The notes under the pieces are model-generated. The model had not been told where the DNA came from. It did no database searches and worked only from the letters and a program-made list of their open reading frames with translations. A DNA stretch of 64,000 bases from Escherichia phage LHE83. Positions 53,423-62,597 of this stretch are shown here, piece by piece. Each line of letters starts with the position of its first letter. The first letter of the stretch is position 1. The DNA is taken from sequence record OQ561750; one strand, written 5' to 3'. A program made the position numbers and the translations under genes.

Positions 53423-55240
53423 ATGATTAAGAATGAAATTAAAGTACTGTCCGACATTGAACATATCAAAAAACGTAGTGGGATGTATATTGGCTCAAGT
53501 GCTAATGAAGCTCACGGTCGATTCCTGTTTGGTAATTTTACACAGGTAAACTATGTTCCTGGACTGGTTAAATTAATTGATGAAATCATTGATAACTCTG
53601 TCGATGAAGCTATTCGTACCAATTTTAAATTCGCAAATAAAATTGATGTTCAAATTAAGAATAACCAGGTTTCAGTTTCTGATAATGGTCGTGGTATTCC
53701 ACAAGCAATGGTCACCGACCAAAATGGTGAACAGATTCCAGGTCCTGTAGCTGCATGGACTATTCCAAAGGCAGGTGGTAACTTTGGAGATGACGCTGAG
53801 CGTAAGACAGGCGGCATGAATGGTGTCGGTAGTAGTTTAACTAATATCTTCTCTGTTTTGTTCACCGGCATCACCTCTGATGGTGAGAATGAGATTACTG
53901 TTAACTGTTCAAACGGAATGGAAAACAAAGGTTGGTCTACTAAGAAATCTAAAGGTAAGGGTACTTCGGTTATATTCACCCCAGACTTTAATCATTTCGA
54001 AGAAAATAGCCTGTCACAAATTTATCTGGATATTACATTAGACCGATTGCAAACTCTGGCCGTAGTTTATCCTGATATTCAATTTACTTTTAATGGTAAA
54101 AAAGTAGATGGCAACTTTAAAAAGTATGCTAAGCAATTTGGTGAAGACTTTGTAATCCAAGAAACCGATAATGTTTCGATGGCATTTACTCCTTCTCCGG
54201 ATGGATTCCGTCAACTGACTTATGTAAACAATATCCACACCAAGAATGGTGGCCACCACGTTGAATGTGTATTCGATGATATTTGTGAACACCTTCTGCC
54301 AGGCATTAAAAAGAAATACCGTGGAATTGAAGTAACTAAAGCTCGTGTTAAAGAATGCCTTACGATGGTGATGTTCATTCGTGATATGAGCAACATGCGT
54401 TTTGATTCACAGACTAAAGAACGTTTGACCTCTCCTTTTGGTGAGATTCGCAATCATATCCAAATTGATGCTAAGAAAATTGCTCAAGCCATTCTTAAAG
54501 TTGATGGGTTGATTATGCCTATCGTTGAAGCTGCTTTAGCACGTAAATTAGCAGCTGAAAAGGCTGCCGAAACTAAAGCCGCTAAGAAAGCTTCTAAAGC
54601 CAAGGTCCATAAGCATATTAAAGCTAACCTATACGGCAAAGATGCTGATACAACCCTGTTCCTAACCGAAGGTGATTCCGCTATGGGTCCTTTCATTGAA
54701 GTTCGTAATAAAGACCTTCAAGGTGGTTACCCATTGCGTGGTAAGGTTATGAATACCTGGGGAATGACAGCAACAGATATCATGAAGAACAAGGAACTAT
54801 TTGATATCTGTGCAATCACTGGATTGGTTATTGGTGAACCCGCAGATAAAACCAACTATCGTAATATTGCTATTATGACCGATGCCGATGTGGATGGTAC
54901 TGGTTCGATTTATCCATCATTGCTAGCCTTCTTTAGTCAATGGCCCGAATTGTTCGAACAAGGCCGAGTACGGTTCTGTAAAACTCCGGTGATTATTGCT
55001 CAGGTTGGTAAAGAACAGGAATGGTTCTATGATGTGCCTAGTTATACCAAAGCTAAGGACTCTCTACCAAAACACTCCATTCGTTATATCAAAGGACTGG
55101 GTTCTCTTGAGAAGGCTGAATACCGTCGAATGATTCAAGACCCTAAATTTGATGTGGTTCAATTACCTGAAGATTGGAAAGAACAGTTCGAAATGCTCCT
55201 TGGTAATGACCCACAACTCCGTAAGGCCTGGATGTCGTAA
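53423..55240 (+). CDS. 39: DNA topoisomerase II large subunit gp39, full length (GyrB-like; unsplit 39+60)
   Basis: 605 aa continuous ORF; GHKL ATPase motifs (IDNSVDEA, GMNGVGSS) and TOPRIM (EGDSA); C-terminal part corresponds to T4 gp60. Confidence 0.9.
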   Translation: MIKNEIKVLSDIEHIKKRSGMYIGSSANEAHGRFLFGNFTQVNYVPGLVKLIDEIIDNSVDEAIRTNFKFANKIDVQIKNNQVSVSDNGRGIPQAMVTDQNGEQIPGPVAAWTIPKAGGNFGDDAERKTGGMNGVGSSLTNIFSVLFTGITSDGENEITVNCSNGMENKGWSTKKSKGKGTSVIFTPDFNHFEENSLSQIYLDITLDRLQTLAVVYPDIQFTFNGKKVDGNFKKYAKQFGEDFVIQETDNVSMAFTPSPDGFRQLTYVNNIHTKNGGHHVECVFDDICEHLLPGIKKKYRGIEVTKARVKECLTMVMFIRDMSNMRFDSQTKERLTSPFGEIRNHIQIDAKKIAQAILKVDGLIMPIVEAALARKLAAEKAAETKAAKKASKAKVHKHIKANLYGKDADTTLFLTEGDSAMGPFIEVRNKDLQGGYPLRGKVMNTWGMTATDIMKNKELFDICAITGLVIGEPADKTNYRNIAIMTDADVDGTGSIYPSLLAFFSQWPELFEQGRVRFCKTPVIIAQVGKEQEWFYDVPSYTKAKDSLPKHSIRYIKGLGSLEKAEYRRMIQDPKFDVVQLPEDWKEQFEMLLGNDPQLRKAWMS

Positions 55241-55284
55241 TAAATATGTATGGTACTAATTGGTGCCATACAAAAGGAGACTTT

Positions 55285-55446
55285 ATGAGAAAGTACTGGG
55301 TTACGCTCGTCACCGGTGAATACGGTTATATCTGGACTGATACTAGACCTCAGTTTGCAGAATACGTGACTATTACAGTCGAGACATGGGACGGCGAAGT
55401 TTACCAAACCCGCGGACAAGTCTATAAGGTCGATTCAAGTAACTAA
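55285..55446 (+). CDS. hypothetical small protein
   Basis: Internal ATG after AAGGAG Shine-Dalgarno of track ORF 55246. Confidence 0.45.
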   Translation: MRKYWVTLVTGEYGYIWTDTRPQFAEYVTITVETWDGEVYQTRGQVYKVDSSN

Positions 55447-55447
55447 T

Positions 55448-55467
55448 AAGGGCCTTCGGGCCCTTTT
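55448..55467 (+). terminator. rho-independent terminator
   Basis: AAGGGCC-TTCG-GGCCCTT followed by TT. Confidence 0.55.
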
Positions 55468-55471
55468 CGGG

Positions 55472-55500
55472 GTTTACAACTGATTAAAAGTATGATACGA
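55472..55500 (+). promoter_or_regulatory. early promoter
   Basis: GTTTAC then downstream TATGATACGAT. Confidence 0.45.
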
Positions 55501-55519
55501 TTCTCTAAGAGGTGAGAAT

Positions 55520-55843
55520 ATGATTATGCAAGATAACAGTATAGTGAACACTGACAACCTGGCTCTATCCTTTATGGAAGCAGCCATTCGTAACTGTAAG
55601 GACGAAGGAGTAGTGACTACAAGCGGTAAGGGACTTGAATACCTTAAGGCTGTAAAATCTATTGCCTTAAAGATTAAAGATAACCAGGCGCTCTCTCCTG
55701 TTGTCCAGGAAAAGGTTTTAGAGATAATGTATCGCCACAGAGAGCACAAAAGTACAATAGGTTCTATGAGAAGAATTCTGGCTGAACTAGGTTCTACCAG
55801 AGAATATGTTCAACATGAGGTAGTTAAAAATGACAAACTTTAA
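55520..55843 (+). CDS. hypothetical protein
   Basis: ORF track. Confidence 0.5.
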   Translation: MIMQDNSIVNTDNLALSFMEAAIRNCKDEGVVTTSGKGLEYLKAVKSIALKIKDNQALSPVVQEKVLEIMYRHREHKSTIGSMRRILAELGSTREYVQHEVVKNDKL

Positions 55844-56033
55844 AGTGAATATTGATTTGTTTGATAAAGCTGTTCATAAAGAATTCCGGTTAATCCAGCG
55901 ATTTTTTGATATCAATGCAGCTGAGGATTTTAAAGAACGCTTTAAAGAAATCAGATATAAAATACTCAACGACATCGCTACTAAGGACGAGCTCCTTGAA
56001 GTGGCAAATATTTTCAAACGTAACCTGAATTGA
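55830..56033 (+). CDS. hypothetical protein
   Basis: ORF track; overlaps the upstream 3' end. Confidence 0.5.
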   Translation: MTNFKVNIDLFDKAVHKEFRLIQRFFDINAAEDFKERFKEIRYKILNDIATKDELLEVANIFKRNLN

Positions 56034-56040
56034 GAAAAAT

Positions 56041-58251
56041 ATGATTATTGAAACCGAAAAAGAACAAATCATTGGTAATGGTGCTAAGTCCACAGGCTTT
56101 ACTATCCAGGCATCGCCTAAGGTCTTTAAAATTTTGTCATCAGACCTTTATAGTAATAAAGTACGTGCTGTAGTACGTGAACTAATTACCAACATGATTG
56201 ATGCCCATATTCTGAATGGTAATAAAGAACGTTGGAAAGTACAGGTCCCTGGTAAACTGGACCCTCGTTTCGTGTGTCGTGATTTCGGTCCGGGTATGAG
56301 TGATTTCCAAATTCGTGGTGATGAAAACGAAACAGGTTTGTACAACTCTTATTTCGCATCATCCAAAACGGCTTCTAATGATTTCATCGGCGGCTTTGGC
56401 CTTGGTTCAAAATCTCCGTTCAGTTATACCGAAACGTTTAATATCACCTCATGGCACAATGGCGAAGTTCGCGGTTATGTAGCATATATGGATGGTGATG
56501 GCCCGCAGATTAAACCTACTTTCGTAGAACCTATGCAGCCAGGTGATAAAACAGGTATCGAAATCACGGTTCCTGTTGATGAAGAAGATTTCCGTAAGTT
56601 TGAAACTGAAGTTCGTTATATCATGCGGCCTTTCATTGGTCTTGGTGATGTAGACGGTGTTGAAGTTGATTATTTCCCTGAATTTGACGATTACCATCCT
56701 GTAACCACTACAAATTATGGCAGCTTCGAACGTTCAGGACTTTATGCAGTTTATGGTGGTATTGTTTATCCATTGGATTCCGCCTATAATAAAGGCACGT
56801 GGATGCGTACTCGCCATGATGTAGTTTATATTAAGTTCCCTATGGGTTCACTGGATATTGCTCCTTCTCGTGAAGTGTTGTCTCTTGATAAACGTACGAT
56901 GGAAAATATTGCAACCCGTATCGAAGCACTGGACGCAGTGGTCTTTAAAAACGATACACAGGAATGGGTTGAATCTGATAATCCACGCCATGTTTATCGT
57001 GACCTTTCTAACCTTGGTTACAGTGCTCGTGACTATCTTACCAAAAAAGGTGGAACTAGCCTGTTTACTACAGAAAAATTGACATATGAGAAATTATACC
57101 AGCGTTATACCCTTCAAAACGACCTTATTAATTTAGGTGTGGTTTACGAAGTCGTTTCAGACCCACGTTTGAAACGAATTAAGTCAAGTGGTAATACTTC
57201 TTCGGTAGCAGGACTTAGTAATTTATTAGGCATTAATAAGAAAGAAATCCATGTTGTTTATGATGATGAAAAAGGTCGTGTGCCATTAGTTCGAGGTCTT
57301 TGGGCTCTGGCAATGGACAACAGTGCTTCGGCTAAGAAAATTGTTAAAGAGAACAATATTCCTAAATACGGAACTGACCTTATTTTTGTCGACCCAAATT
57401 CAATGTTGCAAATGCAACAACTTGAAAAGGTTAAAGAACTTTTTAAAGGTGACACAATTCATTTTTATAAAGTCTCTGAACTGAATAAAATTGTTAAGCC
57501 ATGGATTCCGGTTACTGTCCGTTCATCAGAACCGCGTCCTAAAACACCGAGTGCTTATCGTTGGTTCATTAAAGACGGGCGCTGGCAACAAGAGACCATG
57601 TATTTGACTGCTGCCGAAGCAGAAGAAATTACAGGTTATGTTCTGTTTGGCAGTCGTTCTGATATTATGGGAATGGATGAAGCTTATGGTATCTTTGACA
57701 TCAATACCATTACCATGTGTCGTATGGCTAATTTGATTGGTGCTACCGAATTCCATATCATTCGCCCTCAGATTGCCAAAAAGATTAAAAAGTTAGGCCA
57801 ATGCGAATGCTTGATGGAAGCTACATTAGAAGCTTATGCTGAAGCCTTAGACGCGGTAGATGTTGATGACTACCTTGGTAGCAATACTCGAGCTCGGTAT
57901 TACCTTGAAATCATTGCTAAGTTCCCTCAGCTTAATTTCATGACCAAGTATTTCAGTGATAAGCCGGTAACTGAAGCATATACTCGTCTGAGTAATTTCT
58001 ATGATATATTCCGTTATATGAATTTCCATGGTTATATCACTGATGATAAGCTTTCCGTTATCAAGAAAATTTGTAACAATACTTTTTTTAAGTTGACTGA
58101 TAATGCTTCAAGCAACAATGATAAAATGACTGTACAGTTTGAATCTGATTACCATTTAGTTTCGGACTACATGTATCGTCGTGGAACATCCATTACCGAG
58201 GCTTCTGTAGCTCAAATTGTTAAATTCATGAAAGCCGTGGAAGCGGCTTAA
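56041..58251 (+). CDS. rIIA: rIIA protein (GHKL-ATPase-like membrane-associated protein)
   Basis: 736 aa; MIIETEKE...VRELITNMIDAH, FVCRDFGPGMSDF, GGFGLGSKSPFSY as T4 rIIA. Confidence 0.9.
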   Translation: MIIETEKEQIIGNGAKSTGFTIQASPKVFKILSSDLYSNKVRAVVRELITNMIDAHILNGNKERWKVQVPGKLDPRFVCRDFGPGMSDFQIRGDENETGLYNSYFASSKTASNDFIGGFGLGSKSPFSYTETFNITSWHNGEVRGYVAYMDGDGPQIKPTFVEPMQPGDKTGIEITVPVDEEDFRKFETEVRYIMRPFIGLGDVDGVEVDYFPEFDDYHPVTTTNYGSFERSGLYAVYGGIVYPLDSAYNKGTWMRTRHDVVYIKFPMGSLDIAPSREVLSLDKRTMENIATRIEALDAVVFKNDTQEWVESDNPRHVYRDLSNLGYSARDYLTKKGGTSLFTTEKLTYEKLYQRYTLQNDLINLGVVYEVVSDPRLKRIKSSGNTSSVAGLSNLLGINKKEIHVVYDDEKGRVPLVRGLWALAMDNSASAKKIVKENNIPKYGTDLIFVDPNSMLQMQQLEKVKELFKGDTIHFYKVSELNKIVKPWIPVTVRSSEPRPKTPSAYRWFIKDGRWQQETMYLTAAEAEEITGYVLFGSRSDIMGMDEAYGIFDINTITMCRMANLIGATEFHIIRPQIAKKIKKLGQCECLMEATLEAYAEALDAVDVDDYLGSNTRARYYLEIIAKFPQLNFMTKYFSDKPVTEAYTRLSNFYDIFRYMNFHGYITDDKLSVIKKICNNTFFKLTDNASSNNDKMTVQFESDYHLVSDYMYRRGTSITEASVAQIVKFMKAVEAA

Positions 58252-58265
58252 TCTAAGGAAATATT

Positions 58266-59231
58266 ATGTACAATATTAAGTGTTTGACCTCCGCTGAGCA
58301 AGTTGAAATCGTTAAGTTATATATTTCTGGTAATTATACTCAGAATGAGTTGGCTGACTGGTACAGTGTATCAGTTGATACAATCCGTAAAGTCCTGAAA
58401 AATGCTAAAGGAGCTGGACAGGCCCAGGTAGTTATTACCGGAAATATCAAAGTAACAGTTCCTAACGAGCCTCGTGAAGTTCCCGTTGAAGTTACTATTG
58501 GCGGCTCTCGCCCTGAAATTATCTGGAACGCGAGTTCTAAATTCGTATCCATCACTGAAGGTCGTACAGTATGGAACACCACTAATAAGAACAAACATTT
58601 TGATGCCATCGTACAGGCCCTTAAAGAATCCCGTTTTGACGACGCGATTAAACTGATTTCCATTAAAGAAGCTGTTAAGGCCTTCGTCAAAGGTAACGTT
58701 CGTATTGAAGGTGGTCGTCTGGTTTACCAAGGCATCGAATTGCGTTCAGGGTTGATTGACCGTATTATTACTTCAATGGAAAATGGTGAAGACTTCGAAT
58801 TCTACCTGCCTTTCCTTGAAAACCTGTTAGAAAACCCAAGCGAAAAAGCTGTACAACGTTTGTTCGACTTCCTGGTTGCAAACGACATCAAAATTACTGA
58901 AGATGGCCACTTTATTACGTGGAAGGTAGTTAACTCCGATTACACCGACTGCCGTACTGGTACGTTTGATAACTCACCAGGCAAACCGGTTAAAATGCCT
59001 CGTTCACGTGTAAACGATGACGATACAGTAACTTGTTCAAGAGGTCTGCACGTTTGCTCTCGTAGCTATATCGGTGCATTCGGTAATTCAAACAACCGTG
59101 TAGTTTCATGTAAAGTTAACCCACGTGATGTTGTTAGTATTCCTGTTGATTATGGTGATGCTAAAATGCGCGTATGTTATTATGAAGTTCTGGAAGACGT
59201 TACCGATCAGTTTAAATCAGATTTACGTTAA
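58266..59231 (+). CDS. rIIB: rIIB protein
   Basis: 321 aa directly downstream of rIIA; syntenic; MYNIKCLTSAEQVEIVKLY N-terminus. Confidence 0.85.
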   Translation: MYNIKCLTSAEQVEIVKLYISGNYTQNELADWYSVSVDTIRKVLKNAKGAGQAQVVITGNIKVTVPNEPREVPVEVTIGGSRPEIIWNASSKFVSITEGRTVWNTTNKNKHFDAIVQALKESRFDDAIKLISIKEAVKAFVKGNVRIEGGRLVYQGIELRSGLIDRIITSMENGEDFEFYLPFLENLLENPSEKAVQRLFDFLVANDIKITEDGHFITWKVVNSDYTDCRTGTFDNSPGKPVKMPRSRVNDDDTVTCSRGLHVCSRSYIGAFGNSNNRVVSCKVNPRDVVSIPVDYGDAKMRVCYYEVLEDVTDQFKSDLR

Positions 59232-59267
59232 AATTAAACGGAGGCTTCGGCCTCCTAAGAGGAAATT

Positions 59268-59465
59268 ATGTTAGATTACCAAGCACGTGTAGTTGAAGAA
59301 TACGACCAGTTGGTTCTTAAAATTAATGCTCTCGAAGAGTTTATTAAAGGCGGTGTTTTTGAAACTCTTGATATCCGTCAACAAGGGTTACTGATTTCAC
59401 AACTGGATGCGATGGGTGCTTATGCTCATTGTTTAGAGGTTCGTATTTCTTATTTCGGTGAGTAA
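59268..59465 (+). CDS. hypothetical protein
   Basis: ORF track; GAGGAAATTATG RBS. Confidence 0.5.
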   Translation: MLDYQARVVEEYDQLVLKINALEEFIKGGVFETLDIRQQGLLISQLDAMGAYAHCLEVRISYFGE

Positions 59466-59466
59466 A

Positions 59467-59766
59467 ATGATTAATTACCTGAATGTCGGTGAACGTGATA
59501 TCAAGATTTCCAATTTGCGTGGGTTCCATCGTGCAGGTACTGTTTATTGTGCTAAGCTCGTTAAACACCCTGGTGATGTTCATTACGCTTTTCTAGAATG
59601 CGATGAGGTGGTTGAAGGCGAGTTTCCTTTAGTAGATTCTGATACTTTAGAACCCGACGACCGAATTTATTACGGTGAACTTCATATTCGAGGCATTTAT
59701 GGTGAAGACGAACCCGGGACTACTCCGATTGGCAGCGATGCCGACATTTACCCTGAAGACATCTGA
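59467..59766 (+). CDS. hypothetical acidic protein
   Basis: First ATG of track ORF 59458 (GTG). Confidence 0.5.
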   Translation: MINYLNVGERDIKISNLRGFHRAGTVYCAKLVKHPGDVHYAFLECDEVVEGEFPLVDSDTLEPDDRIYYGELHIRGIYGEDEPGTTPIGSDADIYPEDI

Positions 59767-59779
59767 TTTAACAGGCGAA

Positions 59780-60256
59780 ATGAAGGTCAAGATTAAGGAT
59801 ACCGTATTGTATTCCTTAAGTCAAGACCCGTCCCAAGATAAGAAAGAAGTATTGACTCGGTGTGTCATTGCAACGTACGCCGAGTACATGGTTGCAGATT
59901 GGTTGAAAGGATATGTTAACAGTGGTCTGGAAGACCATGACGACCCTTATACCTATGCATGGGATGTTTTAGCTCATCCTATGTACTGTGGACTACGCGT
60001 AGAGGTCAAGACCCATCAGTCGGATTCTAAGTGGATTTCCTGCACTACAGGATACTCCGGTGACTTCCCTTATGGAACAGGGATTAACCTGGGCCCGCTC
60101 TTGAATCATAAAGTTGCAGACTGTATAATTATATTCGACACTTCAGTAAATGAGGCAGGCGACGTCCTGTTCACTCCTAAGTTCTCTGGCGACAGAGAAG
60201 CCATCAAAAAACTAGTCCGTAAGAGTAATTTCAACGGCTGGTATCTCGCCTTATAA
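59780..60256 (+). CDS. hypothetical protein
   Basis: Internal ATG after the upstream stop; track start 59675 lies inside the upstream gene. Confidence 0.5.
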   Translation: MKVKIKDTVLYSLSQDPSQDKKEVLTRCVIATYAEYMVADWLKGYVNSGLEDHDDPYTYAWDVLAHPMYCGLRVEVKTHQSDSKWISCTTGYSGDFPYGTGINLGPLLNHKVADCIIIFDTSVNEAGDVLFTPKFSGDREAIKKLVRKSNFNGWYLAL

Positions 60257-60271
60257 ATTTTTTAAATAAGT

Positions 60272-60305
60272 GTTTACATACACCAAGGATGGTGTTACTA
60301 TCTTC
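60272..60305 (+). promoter_or_regulatory. early promoter cassette
   Basis: GTTTAC...GTGTTACTATCTTCCTATCAACT; CACCA/TGGTG inverted repeat. Confidence 0.5.
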
Positions 60306-60329
60306 CTATCAACTTGAGAGGAAAACAAA

Positions 60330-60587
60330 ATGAAATTCTATTACGCCAAACATAAAATTACCCGTGAGTTTGTATCGTTTTCAACCTTTTCAGATGAAGA
60401 AGACTTTTGCATCACTGGTCTGGATTTATCTAAATATGAAACCGACCAGCCTTATTTGACCACTCATGACGAGATTCAACGTTTGGTGAACGGTGAGCTA
60501 AATAATTCTTACTGCACTCAAATTTACCCTGCTTTGAAAAAAGCTATCAATGCTAATCAGATTGAAATCATTGAGGTGGAATTGTGA
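60330..60587 (+). CDS. hypothetical protein (tandem paralog)
   Basis: ORF track; KFYYAKHK N-terminus shared with the next gene. Confidence 0.5.
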   Translation: MKFYYAKHKITREFVSFSTFSDEEDFCITGLDLSKYETDQPYLTTHDEIQRLVNGELNNSYCTQIYPALKKAINANQIEIIEVEL

Positions 60588-60850
60588 ATATCAAATTATA
60601 TTACGCTAAACACAAAGTTACGGGTACGGTTGTTGCCGCCATGTATGACGCGTCAGGTGATGGTGACGATATTACTACAGAGTTATCTCTTTCTGAATGT
60701 AAATTTCTCCGTCCTTTAATCGCATCAAAGGAAGATTTACAAAAACTTATCGATGGAAAACTGGATAATGTTGATGGCATAGATATTCTTTATGACCTTC
60801 GCACTGCATTGTACAGAGGATTGATTGAAATTAAAGAGGTAGTATTTTGA
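60584..60850 (+). CDS. hypothetical protein (tandem paralog)
   Basis: GTG start with GAGGTGG Shine-Dalgarno; KLYYAKHK N-terminus. Confidence 0.5.
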   Translation: MNIKLYYAKHKVTGTVVAAMYDASGDGDDITTELSLSECKFLRPLIASKEDLQKLIDGKLDNVDGIDILYDLRTALYRGLIEIKEVVF

Positions 60851-60995
60851 GTAGCAAAATGTGGTGCCTTATTTGGTTGACCTGTATCCCAGTGATTTGC
60901 GTATGTTTTAGTTTATTGTTGTGAAAATTGGCATAAAACAGTGTACATCTCCATTAATCATGATATTATAGACCTATCAACTAATGGAGATGATT

Positions 60996-61106
60996 ATGAA
61001 AAACTTACTTAAAGCAATTTGGAACATGTTTGTGTTGTTAATGGTATTGAGCATTTTCCCAATCGTTTTTATGATTGACCATGTACGTGTATTCTTTAAT
61101 TTCTGA
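60996..61106 (+). CDS. hypothetical small membrane peptide (36 aa)
   Basis: Read by eye; follows the promoter cassette at 60941-60990. Confidence 0.35.
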   Translation: MKNLLKAIWNMFVLLMVLSIFPIVFMIDHVRVFFNF

Positions 61107-61116
61107 GGAAAATATT

Positions 61117-61329
61117 ATGAAACTTTTTAAAGATGTCGCAGTTGGTGAGAGCTTTGTATTACATAACGGCCAACAACTGATTCGCATTTCTCCTTTGCAA
61201 GTTGGTACTGAATTACAACCTGTTAATGCCACAGACCTTTATGATTCAACTAAGCGTTTTTGTGTAGGCCCTAGTGTGCAATGCCTTACTGTTGATGAAC
61301 TGATGGCTATTTCTGTTGACGCTGAATAA
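61117..61329 (+). CDS. hypothetical protein
   Basis: Internal ATG after GAGGAAAAT Shine-Dalgarno of track ORF 61075. Confidence 0.5.
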   Translation: MKLFKDVAVGESFVLHNGQQLIRISPLQVGTELQPVNATDLYDSTKRFCVGPSVQCLTVDELMAISVDAE

Positions 61330-61339
61330 GGAAAATATT

Positions 61340-61684
61340 ATGTCTAAATTATTTTTTGGTAATCGCAACATTATGTTCTTTAAACAACTCAGCCTCCAAG
61401 ATGCATCGGTGGCATTCAATCAAAGTATGATTCCCGGTGTAGATTCAAAAATTATGACGAGTGCTGATTTCGTTTTCGTTCAAGACCCAGAAACAGGCTT
61501 TTATCGGTTCATTAAATTTCGTATGAGTATGGACCCAGGTTATCATAGTGCTTACTACGTGAGTTATGAAAACGTTATCAAAGAATTACGTGATACCTAT
61601 GGACGCGCTTTGAACCCGCTGAACAAGGTTTATAATGCTTCTTTTTATACGAGCGGATTTATTTTAGAACAGCTACAAAAATAG
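61340..61684 (+). CDS. hypothetical protein
   Basis: Internal ATG after AAGGAAAAT Shine-Dalgarno of track ORF 61316. Confidence 0.5.
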   Translation: MSKLFFGNRNIMFFKQLSLQDASVAFNQSMIPGVDSKIMTSADFVFVQDPETGFYRFIKFRMSMDPGYHSAYYVSYENVIKELRDTYGRALNPLNKVYNASFYTSGFILEQLQK

Positions 61685-61712
61685 TTTACAACCTCGAGAA
61701 TCGTGTTATAAT
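61684..61712 (+). promoter_or_regulatory. early promoter
   Basis: GTTTAC then 17 nt then GTTATAAT; inverted repeat around the -10. Confidence 0.5.
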
Positions 61713-61761
61713 GGTTCTCGTTGACTGGATAACAAAACATTAATCTACTGAGGAAATTGAT

Positions 61762-62211
61762 ATGAATACTTATATGACTCGCCGTAACGTTCTGTCTGCT
61801 GGTGCTACTACTGTTGCTTATGTTAAGAACGGTGAATACCAAAATGGTAAACCTTCTAAAGAAATCTCTGCTCAGCCAGGCTTCTACTTCTTTGTTAAAG
61901 GTGGTGCTGATTCTCGTGTCGTAGCGGCTCGTTTTTATGTCGGTAATCAACGTTCGGCCCAAGGGCTCGACGGTATCGTGGCTAACATTCGTAAGAAACG
62001 TTCTCAATCAGCTCGCACTATGGCAGTGAACGGTGTTGTGTATGAAGTTCTTTATGTACCGGCTTCTAAGATGAAACCCCTGACTACAGGTTTTGGTAAG
62101 GGTCAAATTGCAATGGCTTTCACTCGTAATCATAGTTCCGACCTCCAGACACTGGAAGAAATGAACCGTATGTTGGCTGATAACTTTAAATTCATCCTGC
62201 AGGCTTACTAA
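61762..62211 (+). CDS. ndd: Ndd-like nucleoid disruption protein (tentative)
   Basis: 149 aa; position upstream of stp; FYVGNQRS...[12 protein letters not shown]...MLADNFKF recalled as Ndd-like; unverified. Confidence 0.5.
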
Positions 62212-62288
62212 TGAGTAATTTCCATAACGAGCATGTGATGCAGTTCTATCGTAACAATCTTAAAACTAAAGGCGTCTTCGGACGCTAA
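62211..62288 (+). CDS. stp: Stp peptide (activator of host PrrC anticodon nuclease)
   Basis: 25-aa [28 protein letters not shown] matches the T4 Stp sequence as recalled; TAATG coupled. Confidence 0.7.
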
Positions 62289-62298
62289 TGAGGAAAAT

Positions 62299-62460
62299 AT
62301 GGTTATCCTAGTTTTTATTGAACTTATTATGGCTATAGTCTGTTCAGTTTGCTTCTTTTTAGGTGTGTGGGCCCCTCGTCCGATATTCTTAAGTTTTCTG
62401 CTTATTGGTTGGGTTCTTTCTACTTTTGTCGGTTTACTTAAGACGATTAAAAATGATTAA
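62299..62460 (+). CDS. hypothetical small membrane protein (Ac-like by position and size)
   Basis: Read by eye; 53 aa, hydrophobic; GAGGAAAAT Shine-Dalgarno. Confidence 0.4.
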   Translation: MVILVFIELIMAIVCSVCFFLGVWAPRPIFLSFLLIGWVLSTFVGLLKTIKND

Positions 62461-62593
62461 TAAAATCCTGGGCTACTCGTTAGCCCTTGCTGCTTTATTA
62501 GTAGCGCTGTATTACGGAGTAATGTTCGGACTTATCCAAGTTGTGCTTTTTATTTCCGATGTTATTATGGCTATTCATTCACTAGTATGGTAA
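62453..62593 (+). CDS. hypothetical small membrane protein
   Basis: Internal ATG of track ORF 62405; ATGA overlap. Confidence 0.4.
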   Translation: MINKILGYSLALAALLVALYYGVMFGLIQVVLFISDVIMAIHSLVW

Positions 62594-62597
62594 AATT

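Noticed and set aside
59780-60256. Assigning the 158-aa protein downstream of rIIB as DenB (endonuclease IV)
   Set aside because: Position matches T4 denB but I could not recognise the sequence; left as hypothetical.
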